Shown: positions 38,191-51,092 of the stretch, in pieces
Layout of the letters: each line of letters starts with the position of its first letter
Numbering within the stretch: the stretch's first letter is position 1
Origin: Camelus ferus
Lineage: Eukaryota
NCBI RefSeq assembly: GCF_009834535.1
Contig: NC_045698.1
Span: 12,154,001 to 12,218,000, forward strand
Length of the DNA: 64,000 nucleotides
Reading direction: 5' to 3'
The notes under the pieces: model-generated
Told to the model about the DNA's origin: nothing
Databases searched by the model: none
Seen by the model: only the letters and a program-made list of their open reading frames with translations
Program-made: the position numbers and the translations under genes

Positions 38191-40089
38191 AAGAAAACCT
38201 TAATAAAACTAATTCTATCCAACTAGAGTTGATTTACCGTCATGAAAACAGCAGGTGGAAAACCCAAATCTGATGCTGGTTTAACCTCAACTCTTAAGGA
38301 TGCCAGTCACAAGGTCCAAGGAGTCCTCAAAATGTGCTTCTAGAGAACAAGCCCAAAACACAGCTCAATCAATACCCACCTGTGTTTTCAGTTACTTATA
38401 TGACACAACTGGAATGTGCTTCTATGGGGAATAGTTCAGCTCAAGATGTAATGAAGGCACTTTTCAGCACAGAGTTTAATGAGGACAGATGTAAAAGACA
38501 GTGGGAGAGAAAAGTTGTCTTGTTTTCTCCATTAAGCTATCATTCAACGAGAGAAAAATGCAGGAAAAGTTGTGGGGTTTTTAAAACCAGAAATAGAATA
38601 TATTCAGTGAAAACCCAACAGCTCTCCTGGAGAAAACCACTCTTGCCAGTTTCCTGGGTTTTCTTCCAGTCATCGTATTCTATGCACGTGTAAACAAACA
38701 CAGGACTGGGTGTGCATGTATACTGACATGCACATGCACATAGATAAACACACACTTTTTTTTTTAAAGGCAAATGAAAACATATTCGACATTTTGCTCT
38801 GTTCACCCAAGGTAATCCTGGAGAGCTCCGTTAGGACACATGGATCGCCTGTGTTTTTCACAGCCGCACAGTATGTCATTACCAGAATGCGTTTAATCAG
38901 CTCCCTGCGGAGGACCATTTAGGTTGTTTCTGCTCTTTGCTGTTTTCTATTTAGCTTTTGCTGAATGAAAGGAAATAAAGCGGAACAATGGCGCCCCCAC
39001 GCCAGAGCACTTCCTGTCAACACCTCCATCCCTGGCCCCCCAAGAATCCTCTTTGTTTCAGGGTGAATGCGGTCCTGTACTTCTGATGGCCAACAGTCAG
39101 GAGCCCAGAGAACAGGAAGGCGATCGCTCCAGGGTGAAGCTGCATAAGCCCTGCCTCTAAGGAAACGTGATTCCCAAGATGCCCTATGTGTGAGACAGGC
39201 TCTTGTTCTATGAAACGATTACACCACAGACCCCCGGGCTCCCAGCTCTTACAAAGTGTCAATATCAGTTCCACACTTTAATCAGTCAAACTGATTACGG
39301 ATGAGAAGGCTCCAACTAGCAATTTAATTCTGACCATTTTCTATTATGTTCCTGCATTAGACCATGGAATGCTGGCAGTTTATCTGTCACACTGTGTAAC
39401 AAGGTCACTTAATATTTCTAGTCCAAATGATGGTCAGAACCCTTAAGGGATAGGTTATGATAAAAGGCTGTGTCAAAGTAATTTAATAATGAACATAGCA
39501 GCTCCCTACTCACTCAACAGTGACTATGTTTCCACCAATGAATTAAAGCACTCTCCAAGTGTCTCTTAATCCTTACAACCACCCTATGAATTAAATCAGC
39601 CCATGATGATCTAATGAAACATGTGACGTGAGGCGAAGAGAGGCAACCACTCAGGAAATGCCGTCAGCGAACACCTGCAGGGCACCGTACGTTCCACATG
39701 TCGTGTGCTCACCTCTCCCGCCCTGGGAGGTGGGCAGGGCAGCCACCAGCATCTTCATCTTTCACAGGTCCAAAGAACGGGAGTGATCTGAGTCACATCA
39801 CACAGCAGTTACCAAGACAGAAGAGCGGCCGGCACCCACTTCTCCTAACATCAGAATCCCTGCAGGTTCTGCCAAAGCCTCCCTAGAACGCCGCAGCTCC
39901 TCTTCTTACCCACAAATTCTAGTCCAAAGTGATGCTGTGTGAGTAGCTGCTGTGATCCTGGTGGCTGATGTGCTTCTGTTCTGGTGCCCAGATTAGACTG
40001 TGTTCATGAATCTATGGTGGTGGCGGCAGCAGCAGTACTAACACTGTTAGTAGTAACAGCACGAGCGGTGGCAGCAGCAGTAATGTTGA

Positions 40090-40280
40090 AGGCTCACAGG
40101 TACAAGGACCACGTGCCATGCACTGTGCTAACTTTACAATGCTCCCTTTTATTTGATTTTAGCAACTCTGAGGTAGAGATCAACATCATCCTTGTTTGAC
40201 AGAGGTATAACCTGAGGCACAGAGAGGTCAATTAACTTATCTGGGATCACACAGCTCCTCTGAGTCAGAGCCAGGCCAGA
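40090..40280 (-). mobile_element. MIR SINE fragment
   Basis: CAGAGG...CTGAGGCACAGAGAGGTCAATTAACTT reverse core. Confidence 0.65.
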
Positions 40281-40537
40281 GTGAGGGCTGAGCTTGCACC
40301 AGAACTACTAGCTAAGCTGCTCTTCTGCAAGGTGCAAGTTCAGGAGGCAGGGTGGGACATTCCTGCCCTTCCAAAGTATTCATTATTTAACAATGGAGTT
40401 TGTTTCCCGGTACATTTGCCCTCAATATTCCTGAATGAAATTCATCACAATAGTTATACTGGTAGCAGACTGTAAGTCAAAACAGAAATCAACTTCTGAG
40501 GATTAAAACTCAAATGAGACAATACATTCAGTTAATG

Positions 40538-40705
40538 CAGGGGTTGGCAAAGGACAGCCTTGGAGCCACATCCGGCCTGCCACCTGTTTTATAAGTAAAG
40601 TTTTATTGGAACACTGCCACACATTATGACTGCTTTCACGTGACAGAGGCAAAGCCTAAAATATTGTCTATCTTGCCAGTTACAGAAAAAGGTCGCCAGC
40701 ACCTG
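40538..40705. mobile_element. MER58A-like hAT-Charlie element
   Basis: CAGGGGTTGGCAAA start; TAAAGTTTTATTGGAACAC core. Confidence 0.75.
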
Positions 40706-40799
40706 TGTTGGAGAATGAAAGTCAAGGAAACAGTGCAAACTGAATTGTGTCTTAAAGGTAATTACAGGCCAGATTTTGAGAAACCAACAGGGAAAAATA

Positions 40800-40996
40800 A
40801 GATGCAAAATATGTTATTAATAATTCTGGAATTTATTACGTGGTCAAGTAACACTTTGGATTTGTTAGGCTAAAATATACTATTAAAACTAATTTCACAA
40901 AGACTAATTTCTTTTTACACTTTGAAGTGTGGCTATTGGAAAAATTTTGGTTACATCATGGCTCATGTTTTACTTCTGCTGGACAGTGTTGCTCTA
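40800..40996. mobile_element. MER3/MER33-like hAT fragment
   Basis: AAGTGTGGCTATTGGAAAA...TGGACAGTGTTGCTCTA terminus. Confidence 0.55.
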
Positions 40997-42958
40997 ATGA
41001 ACGAGGCTGAACCCCTGGCTCTGCAAGGACTCGGAGAGTGAAAGAACAACAAAGCTTAACACTACCTTTCTACTTGCATTTGTTTGATACTTGGAGCATC
41101 TTTTATACAAATGAACTGTCAGACTATTTAAATACAAGGCTTACCTAGAGACAAATCACAAACATTACTTCTCATTGAACCCATTATCCATTATTCAAAT
41201 ATGAAACCCAATCCTCACACAAATAATGTGAAACAGAAGAGACCTCATGAATAGTTTTCATGAGGCCCATGACTCTAACCAAAAAAATTAGATGTGAAGA
41301 ATTTCCATTAACTTCAAATAAAGGATGAAACAGCCACCTGATGACTCTCAAAATATGGTAATTTCATTTGCCTAATAAATCTGTTTCGTTTCCAAAATCA
41401 CTCCAGAAGATTCCGAGGACATTGAATTTGTTTTACTTTTAACAAGCCATTGCACCCAGCATCTTCAGCACCTAAAGTAATGATGAAATACAGCACCATT
41501 GCAGAATGTGTAATCAAGTCAGACTCAACAGGCCAAAATGGGAACAGACACATTCTCATCCGTTTCCCCCCAAGCCTGGCAAGTGAACGCTTAGAAAGGC
41601 TACAGCTAGCAGCTCCCCATGTTCAGTTGAGGCACTTCGCCTTTAACTGGGTCCGCAGGACGTTTCCTCTTTTGAGTCTTAGTTGCCCTTGTGACCGCGT
41701 CACATACTTGTTTCCAAACCCCACCAATGGCCTGAAAAGCACATGTATTTAACGTTTGGTCGAATGCTTCCTGGAGTTAGAAGAATACAAGCCCCCCTCC
41801 TCCACGGCTTCTTTCTTCCATTCTTATTCCTTTCCGGTTTCCTGCTTTGAACAAGGGCCCTTGCACCTGCTGCTCTGACGGCTCTTCCCCTCGTTGGCCC
41901 GCTGTGTGTGCAGAACACTGCTCACTGCTGGGGTTCCGCCTCCTCTCCTGCCGACAACAGAGGCAGATACCCCCACTCTGCCTCCCCGGGGCAGGAAATC
42001 CTGCAGAAAGTGACTGGTCTTTGCACCCATACATCAGGCCTCCTTGGGGACCAGGCACCTGGTGCTTTCCCTGGGACGCCCCCTGCTACTCACCTGGGGA
42101 AGACAGAAGGCAGAGTGTTCCTGCAACTGGGGACCCCTGGTTGGCTAAAAAAGTGGAGCTGGCATTTAATTCTTAACACTGAAAGGAAGCAATGGTTTCC
42201 TTCCTGAATTAAAAGCAAAGCAGCAAATAATGGTACGTAATATTTAAATATGGGTGATTCTCTACAAGGGACTTTCATCACCTTAATTAAATCTCAAAGA
42301 ACTCCTATTAAAGCAAGTGGGCCAGCCAGGAAGATTATTCCATGACACACACGGAGGACGTGAATCGGATACAACTTGAGTGCCGGGTCCTAGGTCATGT
42401 GACCGGCACACACTAGGACCTGTGTCTACATTCTGTGCTCTTCCTTCTTGTAGGAAAACCAGGAGGGTATGACTCCAAATGTGGCTTGTGACACGCGCCA
42501 GTCCATGATGCGATGGACACCGAGAGTCAGAGTAAGCATTTAGGAACTTTAACAATAATATGACATGGCCACATCATTTTTATTCTGTTTTTCAAAAGCA
42601 CCACTCCACAAAGAATTGGCAATAAAGCAAAGAACTTCTCTTTTGCCACATGTATTTTGAGAAGAGCTGCTCTAGAAGGTACCAATGTCAATTTTGGGTA
42701 ATGCTTATAAGAAATTTCTTGATAACCATGGGTATAGAAATCTACTGTTCTTACAACATTATTAATTTTGCACGAAGTACTCAACTTACTTCCCTTTCTA
42801 TTGTTTAACATCAAATCAGGCTCAACAGATAAGGAATGTGTATTTATCGAAATCCTTCCTGAAACCTGTTACAAGCATAAAGTGCCTATTCAGAAAATCT
42901 GATATCGCATCTGTTAAAAGTTCTCCAAACTGTACACAAGACACACTCCAAACATTTT

Positions 42959-43047
42959 GAGGGGGTGGGTATAGCTCAATGGCAGAAACACGTGCTCAGC
43001 ATGAGTGAAATCCTGGGTTCAATTCCTAGTACCTCCACTAAAAAAAT
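42959..43047 (+). mobile_element. tRNA-Ala-derived SINE (Vic-1-like)
   Basis: TATAGCTCAATGG, GGTTCAATTCC, AGTACCTCCA, A tail. Confidence 0.8.
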
Positions 43048-46000
43048 GTTTTTTAAACCGAAACGTTTTTGTATTTCTCTATTTCCATCTTCAGCCCCTG
43101 CACTCCTCATCTAAAGTTTTATTCTCCAGGGGAGCCCATGAACCCACCCCTTGTTGGTGGAGCTCCCACTGTACTCAGGGCAGCTGTCCTGGGAACAAGA
43201 TCATTGTAAGTCAACCCTGCATACCCATTCACCTTTGCCAGATATTCATTCTCCTAACTTCCTGTGGAATGAAACTCGGCCACAGGCCCTAGGCTGGCCT
43301 TAGAACCAAGCAGAGAAGCCACGACCAGGGAGATGTGAGGCAAATCTACTGACATTTTTTCTTCCTAATAAAAGGAGAGCTGCTCCTTTTGGCCCAGCCT
43401 TGATTCCTTTCAGGGGTAATATTTACTCCAAGAGGCCAAAGCCTTTGCTTGCTTTGTGCAGAGATGCACCCAAGAGCACACAGATACTCAAAAACTATCT
43501 GTTGAAAGAACTGAAGGATGTCCTGTGAAGATGTGATGGCTGCCACTTTGGCAGCCATTTTGCAGCCTTGAGGAAGGGCCAAAGGAATTGCAGATTCATC
43601 GATACAAAGTTCTGATACTGTGGAGCCTCTAAACAAATGCTTCTTATAAAATGTGGCCCTCATACGTAGTTATACGCTGTGTAGGTCACTGTTCGCTGAG
43701 TTATTTTGTGTCTTGTCACTGAAAATTTGGGGGTCCGCCCAAAGAGGGACTAAGGGGGTAGGAAGCGTGTGTGTAACACAGGAAGTCCTGCCAAAAAGGA
43801 AAGAATCATCCCTGAGAAGGAGGGGGCGCCAGCAGGGAAGGGGCTTAGACTCCAGAAACACCAAGATCCCTGGTGGAAACACAAGGTTGGTGTATAGCTT
43901 AAAGCTCTATAGTGGTTAGTACCGTAAGCCGCAAAAACACCCAGAGAGCAAATGAGCAATGGAGCAGAGGTCAGCGATGGCAACATAAGCTGGTGTATCA
44001 TGCCAAAGCCATACAGACATCACAGAGCTGTGGTCAAGTTCCAGTCTAGGTCAGAGAAGGCAGAATCAAAGACAGAAGGCATGAACCCAGGCTCTGTGGC
44101 CACAGCGAGAACCACAACATGGTGGCCTCATCAGAAACAGCCAAATAGGCAGGAGACCTGGGACAGGGTGGTTTTTAGGGAGCAGTGAGGTCCTGACAGA
44201 GAGGGAGAGAAGAAACAGGACGCCGCGGAAGAGGGCGGGCGAGTTGGCTGAGAGCAGATATTCTCAGGCCTCTGGTGGCTGACTAGGTGAGGTCACGTGC
44301 CGGAGTGGGAGGGCTGACATCAGGTTCAGGAATGCGGGAAGGCTTCGAGGGACGGAGGCCAGACCAGGGAGGTCTCCTCCTCCAAGGCTGGTGCAAACGG
44401 GCACTAGACTCCCTCAAAGCATGTTTCTCAAAATCGTCCAGCACACTGTGGCATCAGAGAGTGGAGAACACCTAAGATAAGGACGTCTGTCTGGAGGGAG
44501 GCAAGGTCAGTGAGACAAGTATCTTACAGATGCTGCACGTCTGTGACTAACTGGCTCACATCTCCTTCCAGACCTGGGAGGCAGTTGGATGTCTGGGCTC
44601 CCACTGTGGGCACTCAAAGCCGGACACTTGAGATTTGAGCACTCTTTAAAATATGTATGCTGTGTTCAAATTAAAAAAAAAAAATTAAAGGTCCACCAAT
44701 GAATCCAACTAGGCAAGAAAATAATGAAATCCTAAGGTGGGTTCATGATCAAGAGGAACTAGGGCACTGAGGTCCATGCGAAGAAAAGGAAGAAGTTCGT
44801 GCAAATGAAGGAGTAAAAACAACAGAGGGACGAGAGAGCAGCTGGACAGGAAACTTACAATTCTGAATAGGTCATGGAAGCTTAAAATTAGGCATTCAAT
44901 GGTTCAAGATTTTTTAAAAAAATTGATCCTGAGAGTCAATTGCTATGTGTTGAAAGAGACCCTCAGACAAACACAGAGAAAAACCGGGAGAGAGGGAAGG
45001 AAGGTGAAGAGATTTGTTCTAAATCAGACCACAAACCACGGTCAAGCCAACAGAAGGTCCAAACCTTAGCACAAATCCCATCTGGAAATCCTCACAGACC
45101 AGCCTCCGTCTTGGGGCAAATCTGCTGCCATTTTGATCTAATTAAACCCTCTTTCTCTTGCTAAACTAAACTTGAATCCCTCTTTATTCATCGCTGTTCA
45201 ATTTCCACCTCTCGGTCCACCGTATTGAATGGGTCAGGGTCCTCTCTATTCAGACTGGCTCTGAAAAAAACCATGCCCAGAAACACAAATCAGGAGGGCA
45301 GCTGTCGGTCTCTGTCCATGTTGGCAAGGAGGCTCCACTCAGTCATGGAAATGCTGAAATAGCTGTGGAACTTAGTGGTGTCGCCTGCACAGTCACCCAG
45401 TTTTGTCGACGTGATGAGGGTATTTGAGGGAGAAAATGTCAAGCAGGAGGAGGAAGGAGAGGTGTGTGCTCTGGAGCCACACATCCACCAATGCCCAGGA
45501 AAATCTGTCAAACTGAGAATGTAATATTCGGCCAGAGTGATTATTTGTACGGCATTACATCAGTAGTTCTGAGACATGCCACCATGCTAGCATAAGTCAG
45601 TGTACAGATAATAATCTGGACAATACACCTGTGTGGTTTCTGGCTTTAAAGTTTCTGAATTTCAGGGACCAAAAAACTCCTGATCCACTAGAAACTGGAG
45701 ATCATCCACCATACTTGTTTCTCCCCAAATGTTTCCTTTTAAAAAAATTAGGATGCAGAAGAAAACAAGCGTTCTTAGAGACAAATAAATAGAAAAACCA
45801 AATTAGGACCGAGGAGTTTGAACTATGTCATTAAAATGTGTGAAAATAAAAATAGCAACTCAGAAAAATTGGAGTCAAAACCCAAGATGTGAAATATTAG
45901 AAAGAATGTGATTTTTATCAGGTTCACATCATTTGAGAGCTGGAAGAAGGCTGAGAAATCACCCCATCTCATCAGCTACCCCTCCACATCTGCCTGAAAG

Positions 46001-49000
46001 AACCTTAAGGATGTCGCTGATTTATCAATATTCATGAACACAGGATGGGATGTCAGAAAAAAAATCAAACGGGGAATTTTACTTGAAAACTGTTCAGCGC
46101 CATTTGCCCTGAGAGATGTGATACCGTATTGACAAGTCCTCGGTAAATTCCGCTTTCCCGAAGGAAAACGAGGGCTTGGTGACAAGGGGGTGCTGGTGGG
46201 TGCAGCTGCCTAGGAGCCCTTTGGTTTGCTTATTCATGTATTAAAGTGGTTGTCTGCAAGTCATAATGGGAAACTAGCCAGCCTTAGACACAGCCAGTAT
46301 CCGCGAAGTATAAATTAGGAACACCACAAAATATTCCGCTGTGCAGTTGGAAGTTGCTAGGAAACAGGAGGTCAGGCGGTGTTCAAAGGCCAGGTTCTTC
46401 CCATCCCTGGGGCCCCGACAGGACTGGATCTTGCTGGAGTCCCAGCATCACAGAGCCAGACCACCAGGAGGCCAGGCTTCTTAGCTGTGTGGTTCAAGAA
46501 GCTTAAATCTGGATGCTCCTCTTTTCCGGCAGCCTGGCAAAAGCGCCCAATGAGAACATGACCCCAAATCCAAGAAAGACATAGGAAACAGAAAGCGTAT
46601 GTACAACCATGTAACACTCTTTCTCCTCATCCGTCCTTAGAACAACATGTTTCAGGCACTTCCTTTAGTGATCCTACTTGCTTCACTCAACACTGACCAC
46701 GTTGTCCACTCTTGGATTAAAGAGCAGTTTTCAGGATTATGACAATACTTTCCCCACGAATTTGTCTTTCCACACATCTTCCCCCAGGTGGATGCAGGTC
46801 CTTTGTAAATTCTATCTGAGGACATGCTGCTCAGTTTAGTAAGTGGTAAGTTCAAAAGATGAGTCACGAGAGGAAATGAACACCCCTTTGTGCTGGGAGA
46901 GCCGTGTCAGAGGGCTCCACCAACACACACACACTGCCTCTTTCCAGACTCATAAATATGATCAGTATTACTCATCAGCCGCCACGACCATCAGTGGCCA
47001 GTGCGTGCCAGGGTCTGAGCTGGGAGTTTTGCAGGCTGGGTCACGGTTAACCTTGTAACCACCCTAAAAGTGGTGACTTCTATCCTCACTCCATCAAATG
47101 AGAGAACTTGACAGACCAACATCACGTGGCTGGTGAGAGGCACTGAGTCCAGCATTTCTTACAAGACTTCGCTCAGTCCACCATGATACACGGCCTCCTG
47201 ATAACGTCTTCGCTCATCATTTTAGTCCAGACATGCTGAAAGGGGAACCTGTTTTACAATCCTGTTTGTTTTACTGTGTCTGAAGGACAGAGTCCCTTCT
47301 TCACTAGCAAATGGCAACAAAATCAACTTGTCCCTTGAGAACTGTGAACGTCTTATGCCATTAGCCCTGGAACATGTAGAAAAAGGTTAACTGACTGCTA
47401 CAGAGTGACAGGGCTGGATGGGTAAGGTTTGAATTAGACGTGAAATTTGGTGATTTGGGCCACGAGACCATGGGTCCAGGCCAGTGTTGTTTAGAAGCAC
47501 TGCTGTGGCACGTCAGACGCTGGTGAATGCTCTCAAAAAGCTTCCCGGGTCTAAATCCCCCATCAATGTTTTGGCATCATCAACTGTGATCTGAGGCCAG
47601 CCCATGATTTAGTAACCGAAATGGAAATGATTCAGAAGTGCCCTCTCCATTTCTGCATACCCTCCTACATTTCTGCACCCAGGCCTCACTATGGTTAATA
47701 TTCCACTAAAGAGTGTTGCTCCATCTGTCCCTGTACGTCAAGCAGTCAGGTCTATCCTCTACCTGCACCACCTCAAGGCTCTGCATCCTTGGTGAGTGAT
47801 GATCCCCACAGCCCTCAGTGGAGTGCAATCTATGTTTTCGACCAGTTCACCAAAGCAGGACAAAGAACAGAAAAGCCTGTGCACCCGGGCCAATTGCTAA
47901 AAACCCTTCGAATATTCCCAAACCGCTTTCTCAATCATTTACAGACTTTAGATCGACGTGTTGTAACAAGGAGAGTGGATGTGTGCTGAGCAGGCAAAGG
48001 TGAGTAATGGAGAACAAGTGGCAATTGTATTGTAGTTAATTTTTTTTTTTTAATAGAGCATGAGAAGGGAAAGGCTTTAACTCTGTCGACACTGGCAGAG
48101 CCCCAAGTTTGTGTAAACCAGGAAATGCCTCCAGCACGGCTCTGGACAGCAGGCGCTCATGAGCAGAAGTGGCCCATTTGCTGATGCAACCGGGCCACAG
48201 ACAATGGCTGGTCCATGGGATGGTCAGTTCCACTGAAATGTGTGGTTTGGGTACCTTTCTGCACCTTTGATTATTTGCCCCCCACCAGCACTAACAGGCT
48301 GTGTCTGTCTGAACCCTGGAAATCCGAATCACATGACATCACAACCAGGTCCAACCTGCCCTTCCACCTGCACACAGGACCTCATTTCCCTAATTTGCAA
48401 GGTGCCTCTGACTTAAAGGCTCTACAGGCTTTCATTCCGTGTGCCCTCAGCTCAGTGTAAACCGAACAGTCTCAGCTTCACTGGAACTGATGCCATGAAG
48501 TCACTGAATCGAATACAGAGGCCAACATTTCAGAGTTAATACCAACACAAACAAAAGGAAAAGAAAAAGTTAAAGAGAAAGAAAGAGAAGACGCCAAGCC
48601 AGGCTAATTTTCTTTCTGCAATTGCTCAAGCCACAATCAGCACATTAAAGATGCTTTACATTTGGCTCAAATCACTGGCGGGGGTTTGCTTCTCCAGCTC
48701 AGCAAAACTCGTCGTGGTCTTCTACTTACATATCTTCACAACCTTATTAAACTGTCCCGTCGAAAACAACACCAGGGTCTGCCTGAAATACTTCCTTTTC
48801 AAACCCTTCATCCTGTGCCTAAAACTCGAAGGCTGAAATCTCAGTAACCCAAACTGATGGCACACAGTCACACTTCATTTTCCTGTATGTAAGGACACTT
48901 TTTGAAAGGCGTCATGAAACAGTAGCTAAAACATTTGTTCGCTGGTGAGATTTTCACCACTGTGAGCGTGGAGAGGAGCAAGAGGGGAAGATACTGCCAT

Positions 49001-49498
49001 GTTTTTTAGTGGGGACGCTTTCATTTCATAAAGGCAAGCTGAGTCTGTCACAGAGTTCCAAAGCTGAACAGTATTCCCTTTTAAAAGAAATACTGACAAA
49101 CGAGGCATCTGGCACACTTTAATGAGCTGCTTTATCCTTGCAGAGTGGCAGAAACTAGGGCAGCCATTCATCTGAGAAAGTGGATCGCACGGAGCGATTA
49201 CGTAATCCTGCAAGGCACACTGATATTCAGGGTGCCCCCCCAGGCCCCCCAATTTCAAATTTTCTAGTACTACTTACTAGGAAAGAAAACAGTAATGCAT
49301 GTTTAACTCAATGACTCAATACCTCTGAAAAACATTAAATGATACAATTTTCACCATCTATGCAACAGTGCCAACAGGGTTCAAAGCCGGAACAAGTGCT
49401 GTGATACAACTTATATCGTCCGTAGATGCCATTTTTATCAAGAGCAAAGGAAAAATAAGGATAAAACCAAAGAAATAATCGGCATGGATACCTTAAGC

Positions 49499-49698
49499 CA
49501 GTGGTTTTCAACCAGGGGCAATTCTGCCCTTTGAGGGGCAGTGGGAGGTGTCTGTAAACACCGGGGGAGAGGGGCTGTTCCTGGCATCTCCGGGTAGAAG
49601 GCAGGGCTGTTGCCAAACATCCTATAATGCATGGGACTGTGCCCCAGTGAAGAACTGTCCTGTCCCAAATGTCAGAGGTGCCAAGGTTGAGACACTCC
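49499..49698. mobile_element. MER20-like hAT-Charlie element
   Basis: CAGTGGTTTTCAACC...GGTTGAGACAC TIRs, ~200 bp, MER20-like body. Confidence 0.8.
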
Positions 49699-50317
49699 AT
49701 CCCAACCTGATCAACTAACAAATGGTTAAACAAGGAGGTGAAAGGAAAAGGATGTGAAATTTAATTACGGGCACATTTCAATGTCAAGTGCAGGCCAAGC
49801 AGAGCCAGGGGAAAAAAAAAAAAAAGCAAGTTACAAAACTGGACTCTGAGTCCAAAGCTTAGAGGAGTGTTTTGGGCTGGGAAAAACCCCGTGGAAAGGT
49901 ACTCACCTGGGCTGAGGGCAGAAGGAGAGAAGTGCGAGTTTCTTTAGGAACAGCACAGGTGAGGAGGTGAGGGCTGGACCTGAGGCCAGGCCTCCACCCT
50001 GGGAGCCAGTCAAGAGCAAGAGGGGCAGGGGAAGGAGGGAGGGGGAGAGGCTGGGTCAGAGTGCCAGGAAGGAGGAGGTGGCTGGTGATGCCACAGCCCT
50101 GGGGCTGGGAGGGGAGGTGGGGATTAGGAAGGCAGGGCAGAGAAAAACTGTACCTGGAAGCTTACAGCAGAATAGAGGCCAGGGTGGCTTGCATGACATA
50201 GCATTAGAAATAAGAAAATGGGCATGGACTCTTTAGAAATGCTGAGCAGTGAAAAGAAGGCTGCTCAAGGGGGAGCCCAGGCAAATTCTTACTCACTCCC
50301 ACCTCCCCTTTCTTTTA

Positions 50318-50442
50318 TTTATTTATGTATTTATTTATTTATTTGGTTAAATTTATTTTATTTTTTCTGGGGGGGGTAATTAGGTTTTATTTACCTTGTG
50401 CATGCTAAGCGTGCACTCTACCACTTGAGCTGTATCCTCCCC
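50318..50442 (-). mobile_element. tRNA-derived SINE lacking the B-box segment, with target-site duplication
   Basis: Reverse-complement A box and GGTAATTAGGTTT tail; direct repeat ACCTCCCCTTTCTTTTA at 50301-50317 and 50443-50459. Confidence 0.85.
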
Positions 50443-50594
50443 ACCTCCCCTTTCTTTTACATTAATAAATACACTTTTGAATACAATGAAGAGTATTAAC
50501 AAGGAGATGGGATCCTGGGAGAAGGAACCCTGTATAGCACAAGAGGAAAACTGATGGAATATGGTCCCAGGGGAGGTAAGAAAAAGTTAAGTCA

Positions 50595-51092
50595 AGAAGA
50601 CTGATGAACAGCTATACAGAAACAAATTGGACAACCTAGAAGAAATGGACAAACTTATGCAAACATACAGTCCACAAAGACTGAATTAAGAGGAAACAGA
50701 TCACTTGAACAGACCAATCACTAGAAATAAAACAGAATCAGCAATAAAAAACCTCCCTATAAACAAAAGCCCAGGACCGGACGGCTTCACTGGGGAATTC
50801 TACCAAACATACAAAGAATTCATACCGGTGCTTCTCAAATTCTTCGAAAAGACTGAAAAGGAGGGAGTACTCCCAAACTCATTCTATGAATCCATCATCA
50901 CCCTGATACCAAAACTAGACAAAGACACGACCAAAAAAGAAAACTACAGGCCAATATCATTGATGAACATAGATGCAAAAATCCTCAGCAAAATATTAGC
51001 AAACAAAATCCAACAGCACATAAAAAAGATCATACAATATGATGAAGTTGGATTCATCCCAGGGACACAAGGATGGTTCAACATATGCAAAT
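50595..51092 (+). mobile_element. LINE-1 ORF2 internal fragment (Z region / start of reverse transcriptase)
   Basis: [15 protein letters not shown]...ITLIPK...[16 protein letters not shown]...[12 protein letters not shown] in ORF 50705..51187. Confidence 0.95.
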
